From an uncultured Acidimicrobiales bacterium (GTDB lineage Bacteria > Actinomycetota > Acidimicrobiia > Acidimicrobiales > SZUA-35), in NCBI GenBank assembly GCA_937997485.1, contig CALKTH010000059.1:37569-101568 (forward strand): a stretch of DNA of 64,000 bases, read 5' to 3'. The translations under genes and the position numbers were made by a program. The notes under the pieces were generated by a model that saw only the letters and a list, made by a program, of their open reading frames with translations, had not been told where the DNA came from and ran no database searches. Every line of letters begins with the position of its first letter. The stretch's first letter is position 1. This document shows positions 7,888-16,216 of the stretch, piece by piece.

Positions 7888-10527
7888 ATGGGAGCCAGCG
7901 TGAACATTCGCGGCAAGCTTTTGACCTTGATCCTCATTCCTCTGCTCGGCGTGCTCGGCGCGTCCGTGTGGGGTTTCCGCTCTCAGTCCGTCGTGACTGA
8001 GGTGGCAGAGGATGCCGTGACCGCGGTCCAGACAACCAGCAAGGTGCACCAGGCCATCCTTGCCATGGGCGACGAGCGGGCGGCGCTGGCGCCAACGGCC
8101 GACCGGGCGCTCCTTCCCGATCTGCAGGCGGCAACTGACGCCGCCTTCGCCGAAGTCTTCACCCGTGACCTGAGTCCCGAGATGACGGCCATGATGACCG
8201 ACATGCAGGCGCTGGTCACGGAAGCCCGCACCCGTGTCGCCAGCGGAGACCTCGCCGCCTATGCCGAGCCGTTCTCCACCGCCATTGAGACGCTGCTCAA
8301 TGCTGGCGGCGGCGGCGAGAGCTACTTCACCGCCGAGCAGGCCCAGGTGGCCAACGCCGCTCATCAGTCCTTCGAAATGATTGAAGCTCGCGAGGCAGCC
8401 TGGCTGCAGTACCTCCTGCTGGACCCGGCGAGCCCGTCCGACGTGCTGAATGTCTCGGTTGCCCTCGGCGAAGCCGAAGTGCTGACCGAGGAGGCCTACG
8501 AGTTCGTGCAAACACAGGTCGAACCCACCATGAGTGAGGCCCAGGACTCTGTTGCCGAGCGCCGCCTGAATGAGCTGGCCTTCCTCGCCACGACGCAGCT
8601 CGCAGCTGGCGAAGGCTCCATCCCCGCTGATCAGGTTGTCTCCACGCTTTCCGAGAGTCGAGCCGAGTGGCGAAATGCGCTGGGTTCCGCCGACCAGTTC
8701 CTCCTCGACAAGGTCACCTGGGAGCTGGATCGTGCCAACGGCATTCGCTCGCTGTTCACGCTGCTCGGCCTCGGTGGCCTGGTCGTACTCGGCGGCCTGG
8801 TCTTCGTTATCTACCGATCCATCACCCTTCCACTTGGCTCGCTGCTGAACCGGGCCCAGACCGTGGCCGACGACGAGCTGCCCGAACTGATTCGTGTGCT
8901 GCGTCACAGTGACTCGGTCGCCGAACTTCCGAGCCCGTCGGTGATCCCCGTCGAGTCCGATGACGAAATTGGCCAGCTCGTGTCGGCCTTCAATGACGTG
9001 CAGGTTGCTGCGTACGACCTGGCAACCGAACAGGCACTCGGTCGACGCAACGTCGGCGACATGTTCATCAACCTCGGTCGCCGAAACCAGCAGCTGCTGC
9101 AGCGCATTCTCAACCAGCTCACCGAGCTGGAGCGAGAAGAAGAGAACCCCGAGACGCTCGACACGCTCTTCGCTCTCGACAACATCGTCACCCGAATGCG
9201 GCGTAACGCTGAATCACTGCTGGTGCTCGCCGGCGGCCAGACGCCTCGTCAGTGGAGCAACCCAGTCACCCTCGAAGACACCGTGCGCTCGGCGCTCTCC
9301 GAGGTCGAGAACTACCAGCGAGTCGACATCGCCGCCCTCGCCGAAGTCCACCTCCCCGGCAACATGGTTGCCGACGTGGCTCACATGCTCGCTGAGCTCA
9401 TCGAGAACGCCGTCAACTTCTCGGACCCGAACTCTCAGGTTCTCGTGGGCGGCCACTTCGAGAACGAGAACTACGTCGTCACGATCTTCGACCAGGGCAT
9501 CGGCATGTCCGAGGACGAGCTCGAGACCAACAACCGTCGAATCAGCGATCCGCCTCCTCTCGACCAGGCACCGACCCGCTTCCTCGGGCTGTTCGTGGTT
9601 GGCCGTCTCGCCGACCGCCACGAAATCCTCGTCCGCCTGGCCAAGGCTCCCGGCCGTGGCCTCATGGCCCGTGTGCAGATTCCGGCGCAGCACCTCCTCC
9701 TCGACGGCCACAATGCCATCGACGGTGGGGACACCCAGAGTCTCACCGCTGCGGGCGACTTCCTCGACGACGAACTGGCAGAACTGTCGAACTCGTACGC
9801 CGATCCCATCAATGAGGACCTGAGCCTCGGCGATGTCGACATCGAGAGCGAAGCCGGCGAATTCGATCTTCCCAATCTCGACCACGACGGCTCTGTCTTC
9901 GAGGAGAGCACCACTCCTCCCGTCGAGGTGCAGCGCTTCGAGGTCTCGAACCCAACCACTCCCGACAAGGTTCTCCCAGACCTTCCCGTTCGTGGTGGTG
10001 GACTCCTCAAGGTCCCCCAGCCCGACGAACCGGTTGCTCCCGAGGCGGCTCCGATCGACCCGGTTCCGGTGGCCGAGCCCGAGCCAGCACGCGCCGTTGC
10101 GCCCGTGAACCCACCGCCAGCCCCGGCTGCGCCGACTCCCGTCGCGGCGGCAACGCCCGAGTCGTTGTTCCCCAGCGATACCCCCACCACTCCCCTACCG
10201 GTCCGAAACGCCGGCCAGGCACTCGACCAATCACCAGCACCCGTCGCTAGTGCGCCAGCCACACCCGCAGCTCAGGCTCCAGCGCCGGCCCGCGCCCCAG
10301 CCCCCGGCCTACCGGACAACTTGCCGTTGCGAGTGCGGGGTGCTGCCCTCGACACCTCGGCTCCGGTCACGCCCGAATCACGGGCTGCCGACAAGCCAGC
10401 GCCAGCAGAAGACAACGGTGACAAGGCTGGCAATTTCTCCTCGATGATGTCTGCGTTCTCCACCGGTGTTCGGCGGGGAATCGAAGACAACGCTTTTGAA
10501 TCACTTGATGAAGGGCTCGACCAATGA
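7888..10527 (+). CDS. cvnA: Conservon sensor-kinase-like protein CvnA (TM, sensing region, HAMP, HATPase_c, Pro/Ala-rich tail)
   Basis: The architecture is followed directly by roadblock/LC7, DUF742 and GTPase genes. ATPase-box-like stretches are present (ELIENAVNFS, DQGIGM, GLFVVGRLA). Confidence 0.8.
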   Translation: MGASVNIRGKLLTLILIPLLGVLGASVWGFRSQSVVTEVAEDAVTAVQTTSKVHQAILAMGDERAALAPTADRALLPDLQAATDAAFAEVFTRDLSPEMTAMMTDMQALVTEARTRVASGDLAAYAEPFSTAIETLLNAGGGGESYFTAEQAQVANAAHQSFEMIEAREAAWLQYLLLDPASPSDVLNVSVALGEAEVLTEEAYEFVQTQVEPTMSEAQDSVAERRLNELAFLATTQLAAGEGSIPADQVVSTLSESRAEWRNALGSADQFLLDKVTWELDRANGIRSLFTLLGLGGLVVLGGLVFVIYRSITLPLGSLLNRAQTVADDELPELIRVLRHSDSVAELPSPSVIPVESDDEIGQLVSAFNDVQVAAYDLATEQALGRRNVGDMFINLGRRNQQLLQRILNQLTELEREEENPETLDTLFALDNIVTRMRRNAESLLVLAGGQTPRQWSNPVTLEDTVRSALSEVENYQRVDIAALAEVHLPGNMVADVAHMLAELIENAVNFSDPNSQVLVGGHFENENYVVTIFDQGIGMSEDELETNNRRISDPPPLDQAPTRFLGLFVVGRLADRHEILVRLAKAPGRGLMARVQIPAQHLLLDGHNAIDGGDTQSLTAAGDFLDDELAELSNSYADPINEDLSLGDVDIESEAGEFDLPNLDHDGSVFEESTTPPVEVQRFEVSNPTTPDKVLPDLPVRGGGLLKVPQPDEPVAPEAAPIDPVPVAEPEPARAVAPVNPPPAPAAPTPVAAATPESLFPSDTPTTPLPVRNAGQALDQSPAPVASAPATPAAQAPAPARAPAPGLPDNLPLRVRGAALDTSAPVTPESRAADKPAPAEDNGDKAGNFSSMMSAFSTGVRRGIEDNAFESLDEGLDQ

Positions 10528-10940
10528 CCCGTACCGATACTGAGCAGTTCTCCTGGCTCGTCAACAACTTCGTGACCGAGACCCCGGGCGTCGAAGACGC
10601 CATTGCGGTCTCAGCTGACGGAATCAAGTTGGCGGCCTCGGCAGGACTTCCGAGAGCGACCGCCGATCAATTCGGGGCGATCACCTCCGGACTGTCCTCG
10701 CTGACGCTCGGCGCCGCTCGCTGCTTTGCCGAAGATGCGGTGCATCGCGTCGTCATCGAGATGGACCGCCACTACCTGTTGATCGTCAACATCAACCACG
10801 GTTCGATTCTCGGTGTGGTGGCAACGAAGGAGTCCGACATCGGGGCCGTGGCCTACGAGATGACGATCTTCGCCGAGCGCGCCAGCCGTGTGCTCACGCC
10901 CGAACTCATCACCTCGCTCAAGAACACCCTGAGCATCTGA
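10524..10940 (+). CDS. cvnB: Roadblock/LC7 domain protein CvnB
   Basis: FSWLVNNFVTETPGVEDAIAVSADGIKLA... is typical of roadblock/LC7. There is a 4-nt overlap with cvnA. Confidence 0.85.
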   Translation: MTRTDTEQFSWLVNNFVTETPGVEDAIAVSADGIKLAASAGLPRATADQFGAITSGLSSLTLGAARCFAEDAVHRVVIEMDRHYLLIVNINHGSILGVVATKESDIGAVAYEMTIFAERASRVLTPELITSLKNTLSI

Positions 10941-10947
10941 GGCTGTC

Positions 10948-11313
10948 ATGTCACCGCTGGACGACGAGCCCATGATCGAGCAGGAGACGGACTTCGTGCG
11001 CCCCTACCTGGTCACGGGTGGGCGGACGAAGAGCAAAGTTGACGGTCTGAAGCTCGAGACCTTGGTGCAGGCGACAAACAAGCCCACCTCCAACCTTCGC
11101 TTCGAAGCTGCCAAGGTGGCAGCACAGTGTTCAACCGCGACCTCGATCGCCGAGGTCTCGGCTCATCTATCGGTGCCATTCGGCGCCGCCAAAGTCATCG
11201 TTGGCGATCTCATCGCTAGCGGTCACTTGCAAGCGCACCGTACGCTCGAGGGAAATGCCCCCGACGACGTGCAACTGATCACGCGCCTCATTTCGGGCGT
11301 GAGGAGGCTCTAA
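10948..11313 (+). CDS. cvnC: DUF742 protein CvnC
   Basis: The VRPYLVTGGRT motif and ~120 aa size match DUF742. It sits at the third position of the conservon. Confidence 0.8.
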   Translation: MSPLDDEPMIEQETDFVRPYLVTGGRTKSKVDGLKLETLVQATNKPTSNLRFEAAKVAAQCSTATSIAEVSAHLSVPFGAAKVIVGDLIASGHLQAHRTLEGNAPDDVQLITRLISGVRRL

Positions 11314-11951
11314 TGTCTGACGCCAATCCCGTTTCCGCCAAATTCGTCGTTGCCGGTGGCTTCGGCGTGGGCAAGACCACGTTCGTCGGCACCGTCTCCG
11401 AAATCGACCCGTTGCGGACCGAGGCCTCGATGACCTCGGCATCAATCGGAATCGACGACACCTCCAAGGTCTCGTCCAAGACCACCACCACGGTGGCCAT
11501 GGACTTCGGCCGCATCACGATCGACAACGACCTCGTGCTGTACCTGTTCGGAACGCCAGGCCAAGACCGGTTCGGCTTCATGTGGGACGACCTGATCGCT
11601 GGCGCTCTCGGTGCCGTGGTTCTCATCGACTCACGCCGCCTCGCCGACAGCTTCTATGCCATCGACTATTTCGAGAGCAAGGGCATCCCGTTCGTGGCCG
11701 CTGTGAACGCGTTCGATGGTGTCATTGCCCACGAGCTCGACATGGTTCGCACGGCGTTGCAACTCGACCCCAAGGCCAAGCTGATGGCGTGCGACGCACG
11801 CGATCGACACTCGGTGAAGGAAGTCCTCCTGACGCTGTTCGAGGTGATCCTCGACCGTCTCACGGCCGAAGCTGCAGGCTCGGCTCCCGCCGCTTCGGCT
11901 GCGCCACCGGCGACCACACCACCGCCGGTCGCTCCTGCCATCCAGGGCTGA
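11313..11951 (+). CDS. cvnD: Small Ras-like GTP-binding protein CvnD
   Basis: P-loop GGFGVGKTT, DTPGQ-like FGTPGQDRF, and start/stop overlap with cvnC. Confidence 0.85.
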   Translation: MSDANPVSAKFVVAGGFGVGKTTFVGTVSEIDPLRTEASMTSASIGIDDTSKVSSKTTTTVAMDFGRITIDNDLVLYLFGTPGQDRFGFMWDDLIAGALGAVVLIDSRRLADSFYAIDYFESKGIPFVAAVNAFDGVIAHELDMVRTALQLDPKAKLMACDARDRHSVKEVLLTLFEVILDRLTAEAAGSAPAASAAPPATTPPPVAPAIQG

Positions 11952-11978
11952 CCGAACCGTTCGAAACCAACGATCCCT

Positions 11979-12011
11979 GACCGTGCCCGGGCGACACGCC
12001 CGGGCACGGTC
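11979..12011. terminator. Perfect 15-bp hairpin between convergent cvnD and the GGDEF-EAL gene
   Basis: GACCGTGCCCGGGCG aca CGCCCGGGCACGGTC. There is no U-tract on either strand. Confidence 0.55.
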
Positions 12012-12071
12012 GCGCTTAGCACCGGTCGCGGTTAGGAACGGTCGCGTTCCGGAACGGTCGCGACAACGAAC
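12008..12071. repeat. Four tandem 16-nt units each starting GGTCGCG
   Basis: GGTCGCG occurs at 12008, 12024, 12040 and 12056 (exact 16-nt period). The units are GGTCGCGCTTAGCACC / GGTCGCGGTTAGGAAC / GGTCGCGTTCCGGAAC / GGTCGCGACAACGAAC. Confidence 0.8.
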
Positions 12072-12132
12072 GGGGTCACCCCCGGATCTCCTCCCGCCTG
12101 ACCGTGCTGTCCTCGCCGTAACGGGCGGACGC

Positions 12133-14121
12133 TCAGTAGGCGACGGGTTCCGCGTCCATGGCCACATTGAGCGCAGCCACGTCAAGGGGTCGGTGGAAGA
12201 GGAACCCCTGGACCCGGCGGCAGCCGAGGCGTTCCACCACGCTCGCCTGCTCAGGCTCTTCAACGCCCTCAACGATCACGCCCAGGTTCAATGCCCGGCA
12301 CAGCCCCACCACCGCCTCTACGACGCTGCAAGCCACGGGATCGTGGCTGATGCGGGCGACGAAGGAACGATCGATCTTCACGATGTCGATTGGCAGTTCC
12401 TGCAAGTAGGACAGTGATGAGTATCCCGTACCGAAATCGTCGATCGCGATGCGCACACCACTCGACCGAAGAGCCTCGAGGACGGGAATCGTGGCGTCGA
12501 GATCGTTGACAATGGCCGACTCGGTCAGCTCGAGAATGAAGTGTTCGGCCGGCAACCCGGCCTGCTTCAGCGCTCCCCGCACCGTGTTCACGAAGGCGGG
12601 GGAAGCGATCTGGCCAGAGGTGGCGTTCACCGACAGCGTCAGGTCCGGATGTCGGCGACGCAGCTCGGCGGCTTGACGAGTCGCGATGAACAACACGCGG
12701 TCGCCGATTTCATCGACCAAGCCGGCTTCCTGGGCAATGTCCAGGAAGGCCCCGGGCATGTGCAATTGACCGTGCTCGTCTCGCCAACGGACGAGTGCTT
12801 CGATGCCTTTGACCTTCGCCGAGGGCACCTCGACGATGGGCTGGTAATGCACTTCGAACCGATCATCGGCGAGCGCAGAAACGAGGCCGGCCTCGACATT
12901 GAAACGTCGCTCGAGCTTGGCCTGAAGCTCGCCGTCGTGGACGACATAGCCGCCGCGATTCCGTTCCTTGGCGTAGTACGCCGCCGTGTCGGCTTCACCC
13001 AGCAGAAACTCTGCTTGCTCCCGCCCTGGGCGGCGGGCCATGGCCACACCAACGCTCATGGCAATCCGGACCGAGCGGCCCGAGATGGTGAACGGCTCAT
13101 CGACCACACTCAGGATCGCCTCAGCGGTTTCAACCGCCCGGGGCTGATCGGCATTGCCAAGCATGACAACGAACTCGTCACCGCCAAGGCGCGCCACGAT
13201 CGCATCGTCGTCATCTCGGCGAGTGACCACGGCATCAGCGAGTCGGGCCGCGAAGACACGAAGCAGCTCATCGCCGGCAGCGTGGCCGAGCGAGTCATTG
13301 ACGACCTTGAAGCGATCAAGGTCGCAGAACAGCACCGCAGGCATCCGACCAAGGTCTAGCTCTCGGCGGAGCTGGCGGATGAGCCGGGCGCGGTTGGCCA
13401 GCCCGGTCAGAGTGTCGCTGAAGGCGAGGCGACGGAGCTCTCCCGTCATTCGCCGCTCTTCGGTGATGTCTCGGCCGACGCCGAAGACAAAGCCGGTGGT
13501 GTCATCGCGTTCCAACGACCAATGAATCTCTCGGCTGCCGAGATCCTCGCGCGTCGACAGCACACCCTCTGCCTTCTGGCGCCCGACGATGCGACCGCGG
13601 AGATTGGAACCGTCGTCAGCGGCGTCAGGCTGGAAGAGGTCCCAGAAGTTCTCGTCGATCACCTCGGCGTCAGCGATCCCGCTGATCGCTCGCCAAGCGT
13701 CGTTGCCTTCCACGATCCGCCCCGCCTCGTTCATCACCTGAAAGAGCACACCCTCCGCGGCGAAAAACTGGCGGAGGAGATGGTCGCGAATGTCGTTGGT
13801 CTCCTCACTGACCGAGTCGGCCAGAAGCCCGACCGAGGGAGCGATCAGTTGGTAGTCACCGGCGACGCCGAGCGTCTTGTTCGTCCAATCCATGGGCGCC
13901 GGAGTCCCGACGTCGATCTGGGCCCGGAGCGCCGCGGCGTTGGCCTCGACCACGATGCCGTCCTGGGTCGCCAAGGTCGCAGGGGTCGGCAGAGCGTGCA
14001 ACAACACGCTCCACAGCTCCACAGAAAACGATCGAGCAACCTCGGACACTCCAGTACTGTCGGTGCTCAACGAGGGTGTCTTGAGGAAGTGAGGCCCCTT
14101 GACCTGGGTGATATCGCCCAC
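12133..14121 (-). CDS. PAS - GGDEF - EAL protein (both catalytic motifs intact)
   Basis: RLGGDEFVVML, EALVRW, IAIDDFGTGYSS and VIVEGVE motifs are all present. Confidence 0.9.
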   Translation of the reverse strand: MGDITQVKGPHFLKTPSLSTDSTGVSEVARSFSVELWSVLLHALPTPATLATQDGIVVEANAAALRAQIDVGTPAPMDWTNKTLGVAGDYQLIAPSVGLLADSVSEETNDIRDHLLRQFFAAEGVLFQVMNEAGRIVEGNDAWRAISGIADAEVIDENFWDLFQPDAADDGSNLRGRIVGRQKAEGVLSTREDLGSREIHWSLERDDTTGFVFGVGRDITEERRMTGELRRLAFSDTLTGLANRARLIRQLRRELDLGRMPAVLFCDLDRFKVVNDSLGHAAGDELLRVFAARLADAVVTRRDDDDAIVARLGGDEFVVMLGNADQPRAVETAEAILSVVDEPFTISGRSVRIAMSVGVAMARRPGREQAEFLLGEADTAAYYAKERNRGGYVVHDGELQAKLERRFNVEAGLVSALADDRFEVHYQPIVEVPSAKVKGIEALVRWRDEHGQLHMPGAFLDIAQEAGLVDEIGDRVLFIATRQAAELRRRHPDLTLSVNATSGQIASPAFVNTVRGALKQAGLPAEHFILELTESAIVNDLDATIPVLEALRSSGVRIAIDDFGTGYSSLSYLQELPIDIVKIDRSFVARISHDPVACSVVEAVVGLCRALNLGVIVEGVEEPEQASVVERLGCRRVQGFLFHRPLDVAALNVAMDAEPVAY

Positions 14122-14135
14122 CGGTCGTGCCGGTC

Positions 14136-14513
14136 TCAGGTAGCAGCCGCGGCTCGAGCTACCCGGATGGCGTCGCTGACCTCGCGAGCCACCTCATTCA
14201 GGCGCTCACGCTTTGGGATACGAGCAGAGAGAATCGTGCCGCCAGCTTCGATCTCGAGCATGCCAAGTGTCGGCTTGGCCCGGATCGCGGCGATCTGATC
14301 GAGCGGTGCGAATGCTGGCTTCTTGAATCGATCGTGCTCCAACAGCTCGCTGACAAGAACCTTCGTGCCCTGGAGGGCGGCGGCGTTCACTCGCTTCATG
14401 GACGAGACATCCATGTCATGGGTGAGGAACAGACCGCGATCGAACACGATCACGGCGCGATACCACAGGCCGTGCGGCGTCGGAATCGTCCAGGATGTCA
14501 CTGTTGGGTGCAC
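14136..14513 (-). CDS. Hypothetical protein, possibly PH/GRAM-like fold, co-oriented 14 nt upstream of the PAS-GGDEF-EAL gene
   Basis: Start taken at the GTG at 14513, preceded by GGAGGG at good spacing. No confident family assignment from the sequence alone. Confidence 0.4.
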   Translation of the reverse strand: MHPTVTSWTIPTPHGLWYRAVIVFDRGLFLTHDMDVSSMKRVNAAALQGTKVLVSELLEHDRFKKPAFAPLDQIAAIRAKPTLGMLEIEAGGTILSARIPKRERLNEVAREVSDAIRVARAAAAT

Positions 14514-14650
14514 ATGACCCTCCGGGCCGCTTCTTACAGAATTCTTTCGTCTCCCCTTCCGTCGGCACGAAGGTCGGTTCCATTGAGCAGATCCTTGCCA
14601 GTGTTTCGCCCCTTCGTGCACAAACCGCTGAGCGGCTCTACTGTCCGGCA

Positions 14651-15091
14651 ATGAGCTTCGATGCACAGTACGAACCGAGCACGTGGGGTTGGGTGGCAGA
14701 GCAAGTCACCGAATACGAGGCGTCTGGTGGCACCAAAGCGAACACGCTCCGAGACACCGGCATCCCGATCATCATCGTCACCTGTGTCGGACACAAGAGT
14801 GGCAAGGTCCGAAAGGTCCCGTTGATGCGCGTGGAGCGAGACGGCGCATACGCCGTCATCGCCTCTAAAGGTGGCGCGCCCGACCACCCCGGCTGGTACC
14901 ACAATCTGATGGCAGACCCATCCGTACAGATTCAGGACGGCCCCGAGCCGTTCGATGCACGGGTGCGTTTGATCGACGGCGACGAGCGGGCCTCTTGGTG
15001 GGCGCAGGCTGTCGAGGTCTATCCGCCATACGCGGACTACGCCGAGAAGGCGGATCGAGAGATTCCCGTGTTCGTCGCCGAGGCCGTCTGA
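14651..15091 (+). CDS. Nitroreductase-family deazaflavin (F420)-dependent oxidoreductase (Ddn-like)
   Basis: TCVGHKSGKVRKVPLMRVERDG...GGAPDHPGWYHNL...ERASWWAQAVEVYPPYADY is the typical pattern. I placed the start at the ATG at 14651. Confidence 0.8.
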   Translation: MSFDAQYEPSTWGWVAEQVTEYEASGGTKANTLRDTGIPIIIVTCVGHKSGKVRKVPLMRVERDGAYAVIASKGGAPDHPGWYHNLMADPSVQIQDGPEPFDARVRLIDGDERASWWAQAVEVYPPYADYAEKADREIPVFVAEAV

Positions 15092-15103
15092 CGCCGATCG
15101 GCG

Positions 15104-15553
15104 TCAGCCGACGAAGGAAAAGACCAGTTCGCCGAGTTCGCCATCGAGCGTGAGTTGACGCTCCCCTGCGTCCGACGCGCCAGCGTCGATGCTGGCGTTG
15201 TTGGCGGTGATGAGCGTCTGCACGAACGCTCCAGCAGAGATGTCGAGAAGTGGGCTGCACTGTTGGCCACCAACCTCCACGTCAGCGACCGTGAAGTCGG
15301 CGGCCGTGGATGAAACCAGCCCGTTGATCTCGTTGCAGTAGACCTCGCCGGTCAATGTCCCGCCGTCGAACCGCAGCACGATCACTCCATCTTCCACCGG
15401 TTGCACCGCTCCCCCGGTGTGTCGCCAGGCGCCGGCGAGTTCAGCGGACGTCGGACCGTCTTCGGCACCGAGGTCAGACGCACAGCTGGCGGCCGCAAGA
15501 GCGGCCGCCAGCAGGCAAAGGATGATGCGCACGGGGCGAGCGGCGAAGCTCAA
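15104..15553 (-). CDS. Lipoprotein, META(HslJ)-like domain
   Basis: The signal peptide has a lipobox (LAAASC). GTLTGEVYCNEING resembles META domains. There is a 4-nt overlap with the upstream redoxin gene. Confidence 0.5.
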   Translation of the reverse strand: MSFAARPVRIILCLLAAALAAASCASDLGAEDGPTSAELAGAWRHTGGAVQPVEDGVIVLRFDGGTLTGEVYCNEINGLVSSTAADFTVADVEVGGQQCSPLLDISAGAFVQTLITANNASIDAGASDAGERQLTLDGELGELVFSFVG

Positions 15554-16143
15554 GCGGCGATCAGCTGATCGATGCGCTCGCTGAGACCGTCGGCTCCCAG
15601 CGCTCCGGTCCGATCGACGATGCTGCCATCGTCGTCGATGAAGATGAAGAAGGGTTGGCCTCGCACATCGAGCGCGGTCCAGATGTCGCCGGCTTCGTCG
15701 AACACGTGCGTAAACCCGCTGACACCTCGGGTGTCGATGAATTGCTGCATGGCTCCGGGGTCATCACGACCCGCCATGCCGATGATCGTGACATCATCAC
15801 CGTATTGCTCCTGTGCTGCGGCGACCGAACTGGCCTCCCGTTGACAGGTCGGTCACCACGGTGCCCAGAACCAGAGCACGATGTCATCGCCACGGTGGGC
15901 TTCGAGATCGAAGGCCGCGCCGTCTGAAGTCGTTCCGACAAAAGCGGGGAATGGATCGGCAGCGTCACCGGAGTCGGTCGAGTCGTTGGCCGCAGCGGGG
16001 GCTGCAGCCGTTGTCTCGGCGTTGTCGCCACCAGACCCACAGGCCGAGATCAGCAGCGCAAGGGCTGCCGCCAAGGCAATGAGGGTGCGTCGAGGTGTTT
16101 CCACAAGCGGCAACCGTAGGCGATTGTCCGGACGATGCATCAT
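15550..16143 (-). CDS. TlpA/ResA-like thioredoxin-fold lipoprotein with in-frame TGA (15853..15855) at the first position of the CxxC motif; candidate selenoprotein (UPTC)
   Basis: Track ORFs 15853..16404 and 15550..15777 are in the same frame, and this TGA is the only stop between them. Read-through gives ...DIVLWFWAPW-U-PTCQREASSVAAAQEQYGDDVTIIGMAGRDDPGAMQQFID...QPFFIFIDDDGSIV.... The N-terminus has a lipobox (LLISAC). Start is uncertain (ATG at 16143 or 16140, or GTG at 16104). Confidence 0.65.
15821..15851 (-). promoter_or_regulatory. SECIS-like hairpin downstream of the redoxin TGA
   Basis: The mRNA reads UGA-CCGACCUGUCAACGGGAGG-CCAGUUCGGUCGC. A GGCC/GGUC stem (extendable with G16-C32 and G15-C33) is capped by an AGUUC loop. 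The same 13-mer occurs at the same offset in the GrdB-like gene. Confidence 0.55.
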
Positions 16144-16216
16144 CAGGCTGCGCTTGTTCAGAACTTCTTCAGTTGGCCGCTCGCACCGCCGCGCTCGAGC
16201 GGCTAGAGATGCCATC

